DNA of 64,000 bases from Chthoniobacteraceae bacterium (GCA_037190965.1 JBBCKI010000028.1:96001-160000), one strand, 5' to 3'; counted from the stretch's first letter, positions 1-11,200 are shown. Notes: a model not told the origin generated them from the letters alone. Numbers and translations are program-made.

Positions 1-62
1 GATTTACAGAGGTTCATTGCCGGTTTTCAAATTAGTGGACCTTGGGGGGCGGAAGCATCTTC

Positions 63-120
63 CCGTCACTGAATTGTTACCTTTCCGGAATTGCTGCTTC
101 GGCGAAGGGATCGATAGGTT
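63..120 (+). promoter_or_regulatory. Pho-box-like 11-bp direct repeat plus candidate sigma70 promoter of the TPS/TonB operon
   Basis: CCGTCACTGAA-TTGTTACCTTT (63-84) has GTCAC/GTTAC half-sites 11 bp apart, like the PhoB consensus CTGTCAT-N4-CTGTCAC; followed by TTGCTG(91-96)-N18-TAGGTT(115-120). Confidence 0.45.
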
Positions 121-139
121 CTCTGCGTCCGAGAAACCA

Positions 140-1762
140 ATGGATAGTTATTCCATGGCAGTCAAAATTGATCCTCTAGTTCTAAGTTTAGCGTGGAGTC
201 GACTCGCTGCATTTTCTTTGCTCGCATGCACCGGCTCCTTTGTTCGCGTGCATGCCGAGGACGAGGTGGCCGTTCAAAAGTTCAACGTTCGCGAATACCG
301 GGTTCTGGGTGTTCGGGAGGTGCCGAAGGTTGAGGTCGAGGCTGCTGTTTATCCTTTCATGGGCCCCTCCCGCACGGCTGACGACGTTGAGAATGCGCGT
401 ACGGCAATCGAGAAGGTCTATCAGGATAGGGGATTTGGGGCTGTTTCGGTGGAAATTCCCACACAAGATCCGCGTCAGGGTATGATCGTTCTGCGCGTTC
501 ATGAAGGGCGCGTGGGAAAGCTCCGTGTAAAGGGGGCTCTTTTCTATTCTCCCGCCGACATCAAGGAACGCGCACGCTCGCTGGCGGAAGGCCGAGTGAT
601 CAATTTTAATGCAGTCAATCGTGACATCGTTGGCTTGAATCAACTGGCCGACCGACGGGTGACGCCGAAGTTGCGGGCCGGTGAGGAACCGGGAACCGTC
701 GATATCGATCTGGAGGTGAAGGACACCTTTCCGATGCACGGAAGTATCGAACTCAACAACCGCTATAGTGCTAACACCACTCCGCTCCGCCTCAATGCCT
801 CATTGAGCTATGGTAATCTTTGGCAGGCAGGGCATTCGATAGGGGGAAGCTTCCAAACCTCCCCGCAGGATCCGGAGGAAGTGAATGTTTTCTCGGGCTT
901 TTATTTGGCGCGATTCAAGGGGTGGGACTCATTGAGCCTGATGGTCCAAGGGAGCAAGCAGGATAGCAATGTCTCCACCCTTGGAGCGGTAGCCGTCGCA
1001 GGCAAGGGCGAAACGCTCGGAGCCCGTTTGATTCTGACGTTGGAACCCATGAACGGGTTCATGCATAACGTCGCCTTTGGCATCGATTACAAGCACTACA
1101 ATAATGCCGTGACGCTGGCGGATATCACAATGGAGACGCCGCTTACGTACTATCCGTTTACCCTGGGGTATAACGCGATGTGGATGCAGGAGAAGGGGCT
1201 TACCGAGTTTAATGCCAACGTGGTCTGGGGGCTGCGAGGCTTCGGAAGCCGTATAGCAAAGTACGATGCAAATCGTTATGCAGCCGATGGCAACTTCTTC
1301 TTCCTGCGAAGCGACCTCTCGCATACCCACAAGCTGCCAAAAGGGTTTGAGGTCTATGGTAAGGTTCAGGGGCAGATCTCCGGGGCTCCCCTTGTGAGTA
1401 ATGAACAATTCGGCGGCGGCGGTCTGGGGACCGTTCGTGGTTACCTGGAGGCAGAGGTCGTCGGCGATAACGCCTTCTTTGGAAGCCTTGAGTTTCGCAG
1501 TCCGGAGTTGATCGATTGGCTGCCGTGGAAAGGGAACAGTTTTCGCCTCTACACCTTTGGGGAGGCAGGCACGGTTGCCCTTCTGGAACCGTTGCCTGAG
1601 CAGGAAGAGAGATTCGAACTGGCCAGTGTTGGCGTTGGTGGGCGGATGCAGCTTCTCAACTACTTGAACGGCTCTTTGGATATTTCTCTTCCACTCATCG
1701 AACAAGCCCAAACAAAGGCCTACCGACCATTCCTGACCTTCCGGGTCTGGGCTGATTTCTAA
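140..1762 (+). CDS. TpsB (ShlB/FhaC/HecB family) outer-membrane secretion/activation protein
   Basis: POTRA-like N-terminus (VYQDRGF...VHEGRVG), Omp85/TpsB loop motif VRGY (GTVRGYLEAE), C-terminal RVWADF beta-signal. ORF opens at 17; likely start ATG 140 or 155. Confidence 0.9.
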   Translation: MDSYSMAVKIDPLVLSLAWSRLAAFSLLACTGSFVRVHAEDEVAVQKFNVREYRVLGVREVPKVEVEAAVYPFMGPSRTADDVENARTAIEKVYQDRGFGAVSVEIPTQDPRQGMIVLRVHEGRVGKLRVKGALFYSPADIKERARSLAEGRVINFNAVNRDIVGLNQLADRRVTPKLRAGEEPGTVDIDLEVKDTFPMHGSIELNNRYSANTTPLRLNASLSYGNLWQAGHSIGGSFQTSPQDPEEVNVFSGFYLARFKGWDSLSLMVQGSKQDSNVSTLGAVAVAGKGETLGARLILTLEPMNGFMHNVAFGIDYKHYNNAVTLADITMETPLTYYPFTLGYNAMWMQEKGLTEFNANVVWGLRGFGSRIAKYDANRYAADGNFFFLRSDLSHTHKLPKGFEVYGKVQGQISGAPLVSNEQFGGGGLGTVRGYLEAEVVGDNAFFGSLEFRSPELIDWLPWKGNSFRLYTFGEAGTVALLEPLPEQEERFELASVGVGGRMQLLNYLNGSLDISLPLIEQAQTKAYRPFLTFRVWADF

Positions 1763-1777
1763 AATAATACCGAAAGC

Positions 1778-3628
1778 ATGAAACGCTTGAACCGACCCTT
1801 TAAACTGTTGCAGATTGCCGGAGTGCTCTCGTCGACGCTCTGGGCCAGCCCGGCCCAAGCCTGGTGGAGCCCTGATTGGGCCATTCGCAAGCAGGTCACG
1901 ATTGATGCGACCTCCAAGGAGGCTGCAATCTCCGGTCCTGTTGAGAATGCAACCGTGCTTATTCGTTTGCATGACGGGAATTTCCAGTTCGCCAACGCGG
2001 CGGAAGATGGAAGCGACATTCGTCTGATCGCCACTGACGACAAAACGCCGTTGAGCTTTCATATTGAGAAGTACGACTCCCTTTTAAGCGAAGGGTTTAT
2101 CTGGGTGAAGCTGCCGGAAGTTAAGGCGGGCGAGAAGACCACCTTCTGGCTATATTATTCACACGGGAAGGGTCAGGCGGAACGCGTGGAGAACGCGAAA
2201 GCGACTTATGCCGACCAGGCTGACTTGGTCTTTCACTTCGCCGAGCAGGGGAGTGCTCCCAACGACGCCTCCGGAAATGGAAACAATGCCGACAAGGCCG
2301 GGATTTCGTCTTCAGGGGCGATGGTGGGGAGCGGTCTGCGATTGGCTGGGGCGGCTCCTTTGAGTATTGCGCCAGCGCCTTCCCTCGAATGGAACCGTGG
2401 AGGCACCTTGTCATGGTCCGCCTGGATAAAACCGGCGGACCATCAGTCGAACGCGATTCTCTTCAGCCGTCGGGATGGTGGCAATGCGTTCGTCATCGGC
2501 TTTGACGAAGGGGTGCCTTACGTCGAGGTGACCGAAGGTGGCGCAGTCCAGCGGGGATCGGCCAAAGAACCTTTGTCCGTCAATAGCTGGCATCATCTGG
2601 CTTTTGTAGCGGCCAATGGCGAAATCGCTATCTATGTAGATGGTGAGCCTGTCTCCCCTTTGGCGGCATCTTTGCCGGGCCTCAAAGCCGCATTGTTGTT
2701 GGGTGGCGATAGTGCGGAGATTTCCGGGGCAAACAGTTTTCTTGGCGAGATCGATGAACTTCAGATCTCGAAGATTCCTTTGTCCCCTGCGGCCATCAAG
2801 TTTGCCTCGTTAGTGCAGGGTGGCGACAAGGCTTCGTTGCTTCTCTCCATCGGCGAAGACGAAATGCCCAAGGGGCTTTTCGATTTTATGAACGGCGGGT
2901 TCATGGGGATCATTATGGGATCGCTCACCATAGACGGCTGGATCGTGATTGGCATCCTCGTCGTGATGTTCATTATCAGCTGGTGGGTGATGTTAAGCAA
3001 AGTGGGCTACCTCAACAGGGTGGCCAAGGCTAACTTGATCTTTGTCGAGGAATGGGAGCATGTGGCCGGCAACTTCGCGATTCTCGATCAAGGTGACGAT
3101 GCCCACGTGCAGAACCTCGGCGGACGGATCAGCGATCAAAGGCAGAAAGAGTTTCTCAGTTCGACGGTGTATCGCATTTATCACCAGGGCGTGAAGGAAG
3201 TGCGAACCCGCGTGGCGGCGGACAGGGCGCGTGGCAGCAAAAAGGGTCTCTCGGGTCGTTCGATGTCCGCCATTCGGGCCAGCCTCGATGGCAGCTTCGT
3301 TCGGGAGATGGCACGCCTCAACAGTAACATGGTGTTACTGACGATTGCGATTTCCGGCGGGCCATTCCTCGGTTTGTTGGGAACGGTGGTCGGCGTGATG
3401 ATCACCTTCGCCGCCGTGGCGGAAGCGGGTGACGTCAACGTCAACGCCATCGCTCCCGGGATTGCCGCGGCCCTTGCCGCGACAGTGGCGGGCCTGGCCG
3501 TCGCGATTCCCGCGCTCTTTGGTTACAACTATCTGCTCTCCCGGGTGAAGGAGGCGTCGACCGCGATGCAAATCTTCATCGACGAGTTCATCACCAAGGC
3601 CGGTGAGTTCTACGACAACGCTCAATAA
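1778..3628 (+). CDS. DUF2341 + LamG-like + MotA/TolQ/ExbB proton-channel fusion protein
   Basis: Signal peptide (AQA/WW); DUF2341 motif DGSDIR...IWVK; LamG-like WHHLAF..IYVDG...GEIDEL; ExbB signature GPFLGLLGTVVGVM...ATVAGLAVAIPA. Confidence 0.9.
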   Translation: MKRLNRPFKLLQIAGVLSSTLWASPAQAWWSPDWAIRKQVTIDATSKEAAISGPVENATVLIRLHDGNFQFANAAEDGSDIRLIATDDKTPLSFHIEKYDSLLSEGFIWVKLPEVKAGEKTTFWLYYSHGKGQAERVENAKATYADQADLVFHFAEQGSAPNDASGNGNNADKAGISSSGAMVGSGLRLAGAAPLSIAPAPSLEWNRGGTLSWSAWIKPADHQSNAILFSRRDGGNAFVIGFDEGVPYVEVTEGGAVQRGSAKEPLSVNSWHHLAFVAANGEIAIYVDGEPVSPLAASLPGLKAALLLGGDSAEISGANSFLGEIDELQISKIPLSPAAIKFASLVQGGDKASLLLSIGEDEMPKGLFDFMNGGFMGIIMGSLTIDGWIVIGILVVMFIISWWVMLSKVGYLNRVAKANLIFVEEWEHVAGNFAILDQGDDAHVQNLGGRISDQRQKEFLSSTVYRIYHQGVKEVRTRVAADRARGSKKGLSGRSMSAIRASLDGSFVREMARLNSNMVLLTIAISGGPFLGLLGTVVGVMITFAAVAEAGDVNVNAIAPGIAAALAATVAGLAVAIPALFGYNYLLSRVKEASTAMQIFIDEFITKAGEFYDNAQ

Positions 3629-3643
3629 TAGAACTCCTGAGCC

Positions 3644-4048
3644 ATGCAAGTCCAAGGCGAAGACAAACCGTACGACGATATCAACATCACGCCGATGCTC
3701 GATCTGGCGTACGTGTTGCTCGTCATCTTCATTCTGATGTGCACGGCTTCGGTGCAAGGGATGAAAGTGAACCTCCCGAAAGCGAGCGCAGGAGCGCCGA
3801 GCCTTGCAAAACCCAAGACCAAGGCGATCACCATCAATAATGAGGGGAAGATCTTTCTCGATACCGTTCCCGTCACGATTCCAGAGCTGGAGCAACGGTT
3901 GAACGCACAGCGGTCACTAACTCCTGACTTCCCGGTGGTCGTGCGTGGTGACGCGCGTACCCAGTACCAGACGGTGATGGATGTCCTTGATGTGATGGGG
4001 CGTTTGGGGATTTCGCAGGTTGGGTTGGCTACGAAACCACAAAAGTAG
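3644..4048 (+). CDS. exbD: biopolymer transport protein ExbD/TolR
   Basis: INITPMLDLAYVLLVIFI transmembrane motif with conserved Asp, VNLPKA, VRGD...YQ.V..VLD. Confidence 0.92.
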   Translation: MQVQGEDKPYDDINITPMLDLAYVLLVIFILMCTASVQGMKVNLPKASAGAPSLAKPKTKAITINNEGKIFLDTVPVTIPELEQRLNAQRSLTPDFPVVVRGDARTQYQTVMDVLDVMGRLGISQVGLATKPQK

Positions 4049-4052
4049 GTCC

Positions 4053-4745
4053 ATGAGTTCCCAGGATAACAGTCGGCGTCCCTGGTTTAAGCGATACGGC
4101 CTCGTCTGCGTGATTGGCGTCGCCGCGATCGGGCTCTTCTTCCTCGTCAGAAAGTTGATGAACGAAAAGCCTGCGCCGCGGCGTGAGAGCAGTTTCACGA
4201 TGGTGAACCTGCCGCCACCCCCGCCACCTCCTCCTCCCGCTCCCACGCCGCCGCCGGTACAACAGGAGCCTCAGGAACAGAAGATGATCGAGCAGGCGCC
4301 TTTGACCGAAGAGGACACCAAGCTCGAGCCCGCCGAGGCTCCAAAGGATGAACCCCCTGAGTTGGGAACCAACATCAAGGGCGATGGCCCCGCTGATGGC
4401 TTTGGTCTTTCCGGCCGGGGGAACGGAATGATTGGCGGCGGCGGCCGCAGCGGTGCCAACCGGAGCCAATGGGGATGGTACGCGGCGGAGGTGCAGTCTT
4501 CGATTAGCGATGCGCTCAGAAAGAATAAGAAGACACGCTCCTCCAGCCTGCGGGTGACAGTGCGCATCTGGGCCGACAGCACAGGCCGCGTCACTCGGGC
4601 CGCATTGAATGAGAGCACCGGCGACACCGCTTTGGATGACGCGATCACCAACGATGTGCTCACCGGGTTGCAACTGAAATCTGCGCTTCCTCAGGGGATG
4701 CCTTCGCCGATTGTGCTGCGCATTTCCGGCCGCCGTCCCAAATGA
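4053..4745 (+). CDS. TonB/TolA-like energy transducer
   Basis: N-terminal TM helix, poly-Pro linker (PPPPPPPPPAPTPPP), TonB-C-like end (IWADSTGRV...STGDTALDDAI); follows exbBD; likely start ATG 4053. Confidence 0.85.
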   Translation: MSSQDNSRRPWFKRYGLVCVIGVAAIGLFFLVRKLMNEKPAPRRESSFTMVNLPPPPPPPPPAPTPPPVQQEPQEQKMIEQAPLTEEDTKLEPAEAPKDEPPELGTNIKGDGPADGFGLSGRGNGMIGGGGRSGANRSQWGWYAAEVQSSISDALRKNKKTRSSSLRVTVRIWADSTGRVTRAALNESTGDTALDDAITNDVLTGLQLKSALPQGMPSPIVLRISGRRPK

Positions 4746-4755
4746 AAATCTAGTT

Positions 4756-6636
4756 ATGTCACTTCATTCGAAATTTCCAATTCTGCCTTTGGCCCTCTTG
4801 TTGGGGTTGCCATGGCCCGCTATCCAGGCTCAGGAGGGGGCAATCGCGCCGCCTGTCGACCCGGCCATGGATGCTCTGCTTCAACTTGTCGAAGGGGGTG
4901 AACCTCCGGCTGCTCAAAAGCCGCAGGTAACGCAGGCCCCGGAGAAATCGACCACGGTGGTTATCAACCTGATCAACCGGATGGTTGAGAAAGGATTGCT
5001 GACGAAGGAGGATGCCGGGGAGTTGCTCCAGCAGGCCGAGGATGATGCCATCGCCGCACGGCAACAGGCCGCCATGGCCATCGCCGCCGCCGAGCAGGCT
5101 GCGGAAGTCGCCCGCCGGTTGAACGAAGGGGGCGGGATTACCCCCAATCTCGATCCACTCTTCTCAGAGAATCCCGAAGATACCGTCCGCGTTACTTACA
5201 TTCCGGAGCATATCCGCAACCAGATGCGGGATGAGATCCGGCAGGATGTGTTGGAACAGGCCAAGGCCGAGAACTGGGCTGCGCCCAACAGCGTGCCCGA
5301 ATGGACGAAGAAGTTCCGCGTGTTTGGAGATGTGCGTGCGCGTTACGAGTCGATGCACTATCCGGAAGGCAGCGACAACACCGGTTCGTTTCCCGATTTC
5401 AATGCCATCAACACTGGAGCCCCGTTCGACATTGCGGGCAACGTCTTCTCCCCGCAGTTGAATGCGGACCAGGATCGCGAGCGGCTTCGCTTCCGGGTGC
5501 GGGTCGGCGCGGAGGTTTCACTGGTCGACGGTTTTACGGCCGGGCTTCGGATCGCTACCGGGTCTGATAACTCTCCGGTGAGCACCAACCAGACGTTGGG
5601 CGGTAGCGGCAACTTCAGCAAATATGCCATTTGGCTGGATCGCGGCTACCTGAAGTACGAAACCGGCATTGGCGACGGTAGACTGGCCTTGTCGCTCGGG
5701 CGGTTCGACAACCCTTTCTTTTCGAGTGAGGTCATGTGGGACGATGACATCGGCTTCGACGGCATCGCGATGCAGGGAAGCTACAATCTTAACAGGGTTA
5801 CCCCATTTTTCAGCGCAGGTGCCTTCCCTGTCTATAACACCAATCTGAACTATGCCACCAATCAACCCGCCAAGTTCGAGAGCTATGACAAATGGTTGTA
5901 CGGGATCCAGGCCGGTTTGGATTGGAAGGTGCGCAAGGACCTCGATCTGAAACTCGCCATAGCCTACTACGACTTCGATAGTATCGAAGGAGTTCTCTCC
6001 GATCCCTATACGCCGTTGAGCGCCAGCGATGCCGGGAATACCGACGCCTCGCGCCCCGCGTTTGCCCAGAAGGGGAATACCTATCGCGCGATCCGCAACA
6101 TTATCCCGAGCGCGCTTAACAACTACGGCACGCTCTATCAATACCAGTACTTTGGTCTTGCCACGCCATTCCGGGTGGTCGCGCTTACCGGCAAGCTCGA
6201 CTACAACAAGTTTGAGCCGATCCAGATCTCGCTTTCCGGCGAGGTAATCAAGAACCTCGCCTTCAAGAAGAGCGACCTGGAGCCAATCGCCATCAATAAC
6301 CGTGGGGTGGTATCGAGGTCCGGCCTCGCTCCCTTTGAGGGTGGAGACATGGCTTGGATCGCCGGGTTGAAGGTGGGGCACACAGCCATGCAGAAGCGGT
6401 GGGATTGGAACTTCGGCGTCAACTACCGCTATGTGGAATCGGATGCCGTGGTGGACGGGTTCACCGACTCCGACTTCGGCGGCGGTGGCACCAACCTCAA
6501 GGGATTCACCATTTTCGGCAACCTTGCCGTATCGCCCAATGTCTGGCTCGGAGTCCGCTGGATGAGCGCCGATGAGATCGCCGGGCCTCCTCTCAAGATC
6601 GACATTCTGCAATTCGACGTTTCAGCAAAGTTCTAA
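4756..6636 (+). CDS. putative outer-membrane porin (Porin_5-like beta-barrel) with helical N-terminal extension
   Basis: Signal peptide, 'LV.KGLLT.E.A..L' helical domain, GDVRARYE / RLRFRVRVG beta-strands, DSDFGGGGTN motif, C-terminal FDVSAKF; likely start ATG 4756. Confidence 0.8.
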   Translation: MSLHSKFPILPLALLLGLPWPAIQAQEGAIAPPVDPAMDALLQLVEGGEPPAAQKPQVTQAPEKSTTVVINLINRMVEKGLLTKEDAGELLQQAEDDAIAARQQAAMAIAAAEQAAEVARRLNEGGGITPNLDPLFSENPEDTVRVTYIPEHIRNQMRDEIRQDVLEQAKAENWAAPNSVPEWTKKFRVFGDVRARYESMHYPEGSDNTGSFPDFNAINTGAPFDIAGNVFSPQLNADQDRERLRFRVRVGAEVSLVDGFTAGLRIATGSDNSPVSTNQTLGGSGNFSKYAIWLDRGYLKYETGIGDGRLALSLGRFDNPFFSSEVMWDDDIGFDGIAMQGSYNLNRVTPFFSAGAFPVYNTNLNYATNQPAKFESYDKWLYGIQAGLDWKVRKDLDLKLAIAYYDFDSIEGVLSDPYTPLSASDAGNTDASRPAFAQKGNTYRAIRNIIPSALNNYGTLYQYQYFGLATPFRVVALTGKLDYNKFEPIQISLSGEVIKNLAFKKSDLEPIAINNRGVVSRSGLAPFEGGDMAWIAGLKVGHTAMQKRWDWNFGVNYRYVESDAVVDGFTDSDFGGGGTNLKGFTIFGNLAVSPNVWLGVRWMSADEIAGPPLKIDILQFDVSAKF

Positions 6637-6640
6637 GAAC

Positions 6641-7246
6641 ATGAAAAGAGTCATTTTCCCTCTCCTCCTATCGGCCGTGGCCGTCGTTCCCACGCGGGCA
6701 CAGGAAAAGGCGAGCCCGGAAGCGCGGATGCGCGAAGCCCTGCGTAATACGACATTGCAGGTGCGCACTTTGCAGGCCGAACGGGATGAACTGTCCGTGA
6801 AAAAAGATCAAGCCGAGGCCCAGGCCAAGACGCTTGAAGACCAAATCAAGATTCTGACCAAACGCGCCGCAGAGGATAAGGATATCATCGATTCCGGCAA
6901 GGCGGCTTTGCAGGAAGAGCAGGCCCGATCCCACCAAACGGCGGCGGAATTGGAGAAATGGAAATCTGCCTGCCATAAAGCCGTCGAACTCGCCAAAACG
7001 AAGGAAGCCGAGCGGGCAGCTCTCTCCGAGAAAGTCATCATTCTCGAGCGCACTGTCGCCGATCAGAAAAGCCGGAATGCAGAGATGTTCAAAATCGGCT
7101 GCGACCTTTTGCGACGCTATGAAAACTTCGGGCTAGGTAAGGCCCTCAGTGCCAGGGAGCCGTTTGTGGGTGTCACCAGGGTAAAGCTCGAAAATCTGGT
7201 TCAAGACTATTCAGACAAACTCTCCAACCAACGCATCAAGCCATGA
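6641..7246 (+). CDS. exported coiled-coil protein
   Basis: Signal peptide (MKRVIFPLLLSAVAVVPTRA), heptad-rich body, C-terminal EPFVGVTRVKLENL; ATGA overlap with next gene. Confidence 0.7.
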   Translation: MKRVIFPLLLSAVAVVPTRAQEKASPEARMREALRNTTLQVRTLQAERDELSVKKDQAEAQAKTLEDQIKILTKRAAEDKDIIDSGKAALQEEQARSHQTAAELEKWKSACHKAVELAKTKEAERAALSEKVIILERTVADQKSRNAEMFKIGCDLLRRYENFGLGKALSAREPFVGVTRVKLENLVQDYSDKLSNQRIKP

Positions 7247-8142
7247 CTAATCGATCACTCTCTTTTGCCATTTGTTATTTGTTGCCCATTGTCGGCTTTG
7301 CAGGCCTTGCCAAGGCTGCCGAGGCTCCCGCCATTGCCCGCATTGGCGGCACGGAAATCAGAAGTTCCGAGCTCCAGGCAGAACTTGCGACGCTGGATGA
7401 CGCTCAACGAGCTGCGTTGGCCAAGAATCCGGCGATGCTGAATCAAGCCGTTCGTTCCCTGCTGGTGCGGCAACTGGTATTGAAGGAGGCTTTGGCCAAG
7501 AATTGGCAGAACAACGCCGAGCTGGTTCAGCAGCTCGAGCGGCTGCGGGAGGGGGCGATCACGGAGAGTTACCTGCTATCGGTCACGACGCCACCCGCGG
7601 GGTTTCCCAGCGAGGCAGAACTCAAAGGGGCGTACGAAGACAACAAGGCTGCGTTGATCATTCCGCGCCAGCTTCGTCTCTCACAGATCTTTATCGCCCT
7701 GCCGAAGAACGCCGATAAGGCGACGGCGGAGAAAGCCCAGGCTCGGGCGGACTCGGTCTCCAAGAAGCTCAAGGATACCCCTTTCGCGGAGTTGGTAAAG
7801 CTCCATAGCGATGAGAAATCCGGAGCCAACGAAGCGGAGATCGGGTGGATTGCGGAATCGCTCTTACAGCCCGCCATTCGCGAGGGCGCCAAGGATCTTG
7901 CCAAGGGGGGAGTTAGCCAGCCGATCCGGATGGATGACGGATGGCATATTGTCAAAGTGCTGGAAAGTCGTGATTCCCGCACGGCCACCTTCGAGGAGGT
8001 TCGCGAACAACTGCGCCAGCGCATTCGGGCCGAACGTCAGCGCGCCTCCAGCATGGAATATGTGAACGCCTTGCTGAAGGCGAACCCGGTTTCAATCAAC
8101 GAACTGGAACTCGTCAAGCTTCTGCAGAGCGGCGCCAAGTAA
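7243..8142 (+). CDS. PpiC/parvulin-type peptidyl-prolyl isomerase (SurA/PrsA-like chaperone)
   Basis: Signal peptide, SurA-N-like helices, LSQIFI...FAELVKLHSDE...EIGW...VSQPIRMDDGWHIVKV rotamase motif. Confidence 0.88.
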   Translation: MTNRSLSFAICYLLPIVGFAGLAKAAEAPAIARIGGTEIRSSELQAELATLDDAQRAALAKNPAMLNQAVRSLLVRQLVLKEALAKNWQNNAELVQQLERLREGAITESYLLSVTTPPAGFPSEAELKGAYEDNKAALIIPRQLRLSQIFIALPKNADKATAEKAQARADSVSKKLKDTPFAELVKLHSDEKSGANEAEIGWIAESLLQPAIREGAKDLAKGGVSQPIRMDDGWHIVKVLESRDSRTATFEEVREQLRQRIRAERQRASSMEYVNALLKANPVSINELELVKLLQSGAK

Positions 8143-8203
8143 CGGTCGACCGCCCTTGGATCGTCTGGCTCGGACCGCCGCAACTTAACAGCACTGTCTT
8201 GTC

Positions 8204-11200
8204 ATGGTTTGGAAATCTAAAAGCGCACTTCGGAGGAAGCTAGAGCCCCTGCAGCCGGTTCTCTCGGTGGTGATCTGTTTTTCTCTTACGGTAACCTCGA
8301 CGCCTGTGTTGCTGGCCGGTGATCTCCTGCGCGGAGGCGCTGCCGCGGGGCAGCCCGGTTCCGGCTCTGTGGGAGGGGCTGCCAATGCGGCCAACGCGGC
8401 GGCGGCGACCCGGATGCGGGCAAATTCCAATGACGCCCTGTCGCGGACCACGCAGGCTTTGCAGTCGGTGAAGGCGATGCAGGCGGCTGCGCGAGCGGCT
8501 GCCAGCGGTCGTAATAATCTTGGCGCGGACCCCAATCATCCCGGGCTCCAATTGCCGAATGTTCCGGACGGGTTGCTGGAAGGCGGCTTGGTTCCCGATT
8601 CCGGGCTCTCGGCTCCGGGAACGGCCAACCCGGTGACTTCGTGGGTCAATGCGCAAACCCCGGTTCAAACCGTCTCCGGAAACAAGGTCACGGTAACGAT
8701 CAAGCAAACGGCGCAACAGGCTTTGCTGAACTGGAGTTCGTTCAACATCGGCAGCAAGACCAAGCTGAAGTTCGATCAGAGCGCGGGTGGGGCGGATCAG
8801 TCCAAATGGATCGCATTCAACAAGATTGTAGATCCCACCGGCGTTCCGTCGCAGATTCTCGGGGCTATTGAAGCCCCCGGCCAGGTTTACGTCCTCAACC
8901 AGAACGGTATTATTTTTGGCGGGGCATCGCAGGTCAATACGCACGTACTCGCTGCCTCGTCGTTACCCATCAATACCAACCTTTTCGCACAAGGGTTGTT
9001 GAATAACCCGGACGCCCAGTTTCTGTTCTCGGCACTCGCGATGCCAGGTGGGGCCGACGGGACGCCGGCGTTCACCCCGGAGGCTGCATTTACCGAGAGT
9101 GGAATTCCTGGCGATGTTATTGTCCAGAAGGGGGCGCAACTGACGAGCCCCTTGAGTCCCGACGGCAAGGGCGGGCGTGTCATGTTGGTTGGGCCGAATG
9201 TCATCAACGAGGGCACGATTTCCACGCCCTCGGGGCAGACGATCCTCGCGGCGGGTCTGCAAGTGGGGGTGGCCGCTCATGCGTCCACCGACCCGAGCCT
9301 GCGCGGCCTCGATATCTGGGTAGGCGCGGTTGGGGAGGGCACAGGCACGGTGACTAATACCGGATTGATCAGCTCGCTTACCGGGTCGATCACCATGGTC
9401 GGGCGGCAGTTGAACCAACTGGGCGCCTTGGAGAGCAGCACCTCCGTGGATCTTAATGGGCGCATCGATCTTCTCGCCAGTTACGGGGCTATATCGAACC
9501 CCAACTATGACAACTCCGGTTCCCTTGGAGGCGGAGCCCCGATCTTTTTCAATCAATATACCGGGGTCGTGACGCTGGGGGAGAAGAGCGTCATCCAGAT
9601 CCTGCCTTCGGCGGACGGCGCAACTGCTCCGGGCTTGACGTTGCCGGAAGCCTCGCGAGTGAACATTGAAGGACGCGTCGTTCATTTTGAAAAAGGCTCC
9701 ATGCTTTACGCCCCGAGTGGCAAGGTGGATATCCGCGCGGGTGTCTGGCCTTTTTCCGACGTTGACGGCGATGGCACCATTTTGAATGCCTCCGGTGAGG
9801 TGGATTCAAGCTTTCTGAGCTATTACTCGGGGGGCAAACAGCGCTTCCTGTTCTCCGAAGGGCAGATCTACGTAGAGCCATCGGCTTTGATCAGTGTTGC
9901 CGGCACCACGGATGTCTTCGTCCCGCTGGCGCAGAATATCTTGACCGTGGAGTTGCGCGGTTCGGAGCTGGCCGACTCGCCGTTGCAGCGAATGGGATCG
10001 CTGGCTGCAATTCTCCTGACGCTTGATCTTCGCAAGACCGGAGATTACAACGGGCGCTACTGGATGGGGACGCCACTGGGCGATGCCACCGGGTTTGCGG
10101 CTCTGGTGGAACGAACCGCCCAACAGATGTCTGCCGCGGGCGGCAGCCTTTCGATGCAGGCGGGGGAATCGATCGTCGTTCGTGATGGCGCAAAGCTGGA
10201 TGTTTCCGGCGGTTACTATCGCAATGAGGGAGGGCTCATCAAAACGACCCGTTTGGTGCAGGGCTCCAACATTGTCGATATCGCCTCCGCAGATCCTGGT
10301 CAGATTTATGACGGGATCTACAACCCGGGGTTCGTGGTCTCCAGTGCCAAATGGGGGGTGACCAAGCAGTATGCCTCTCCTTTGGCAAACCAGGGCCATT
10401 ATGAGGCGGAGCATCTCTCCGGTGCCAGCGGAGGGACATTGAAGCTGGTTGCGCCGGGCATGGCGATTGAAGGAGAACTCCTCGGGACCACCCTTCAGGG
10501 GGAGCGCGAACGCTCCGTCACGCAGACACTCGGATCGTTGAGCATCGCCTTTCGGGCCGAAAAGATTTTCAGCGCCGCATTGGGTGAAATCTCTTTCCTC
10601 CCTTTCTCTCCAACACCGCCGACGGTCACCTTCCTTTCTGCATCCAATCTTGCGCCTGCGGACGACTTCTCGCTGGTTGACGACGAAGCCGCGCCTTTGC
10701 GGGGCGATTTGCGTGCCAACGTGGTTCTCTCCACGGACTTGTTGAGCAGAGGCGGCTTCGGCAACCTCGCCGTCGAGAACGTGGATGGCGATATCATCGT
10801 GCCTGTTGGGAGCATTCTCCAGACGGCGGCGCGCGGCTCAATTTCTCTTTCCGGCGCGAATATCCATGTCGCCGGTAGTCTCATTGCTCCCGGCGGCGCG
10901 TTAAGTTTTACCACCTACAACATTTCGCCGACCGCCGCGCTTGACTTCGGCCTGTTGAATCCGAGTGGCGCTTTGTATCCGGACACCAATCCCGACCGCG
11001 GGCTCTTCACACTCGCCAAGGGAGCCAAGCTGAGCACTGCGGGGCTGGTGGTGGATGAACGCACGGAGAAGGGGATGCAACAGCTTCTCGCGATCCAGGG
11101 CGGAAGCATTGCGGTGAATTCCTATCATGCGACGCTCGACGCGGGGAGCTTGGTGGATGTTTCCGGCGGAGCGCGGGTCAGCACCCGAGGGGCGGTATCT

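Noticed and set aside
4212..4256. C-rich low-complexity tract
   Set aside because: Encodes the normal poly-proline linker of TonB with mixed codons; not a phase-variable repeat
8184..8205. Possible second Pho-like box (TTAAC-N6-GTCTT) before tpsA
   Set aside because: Both half-sites are degenerate; could arise by chance
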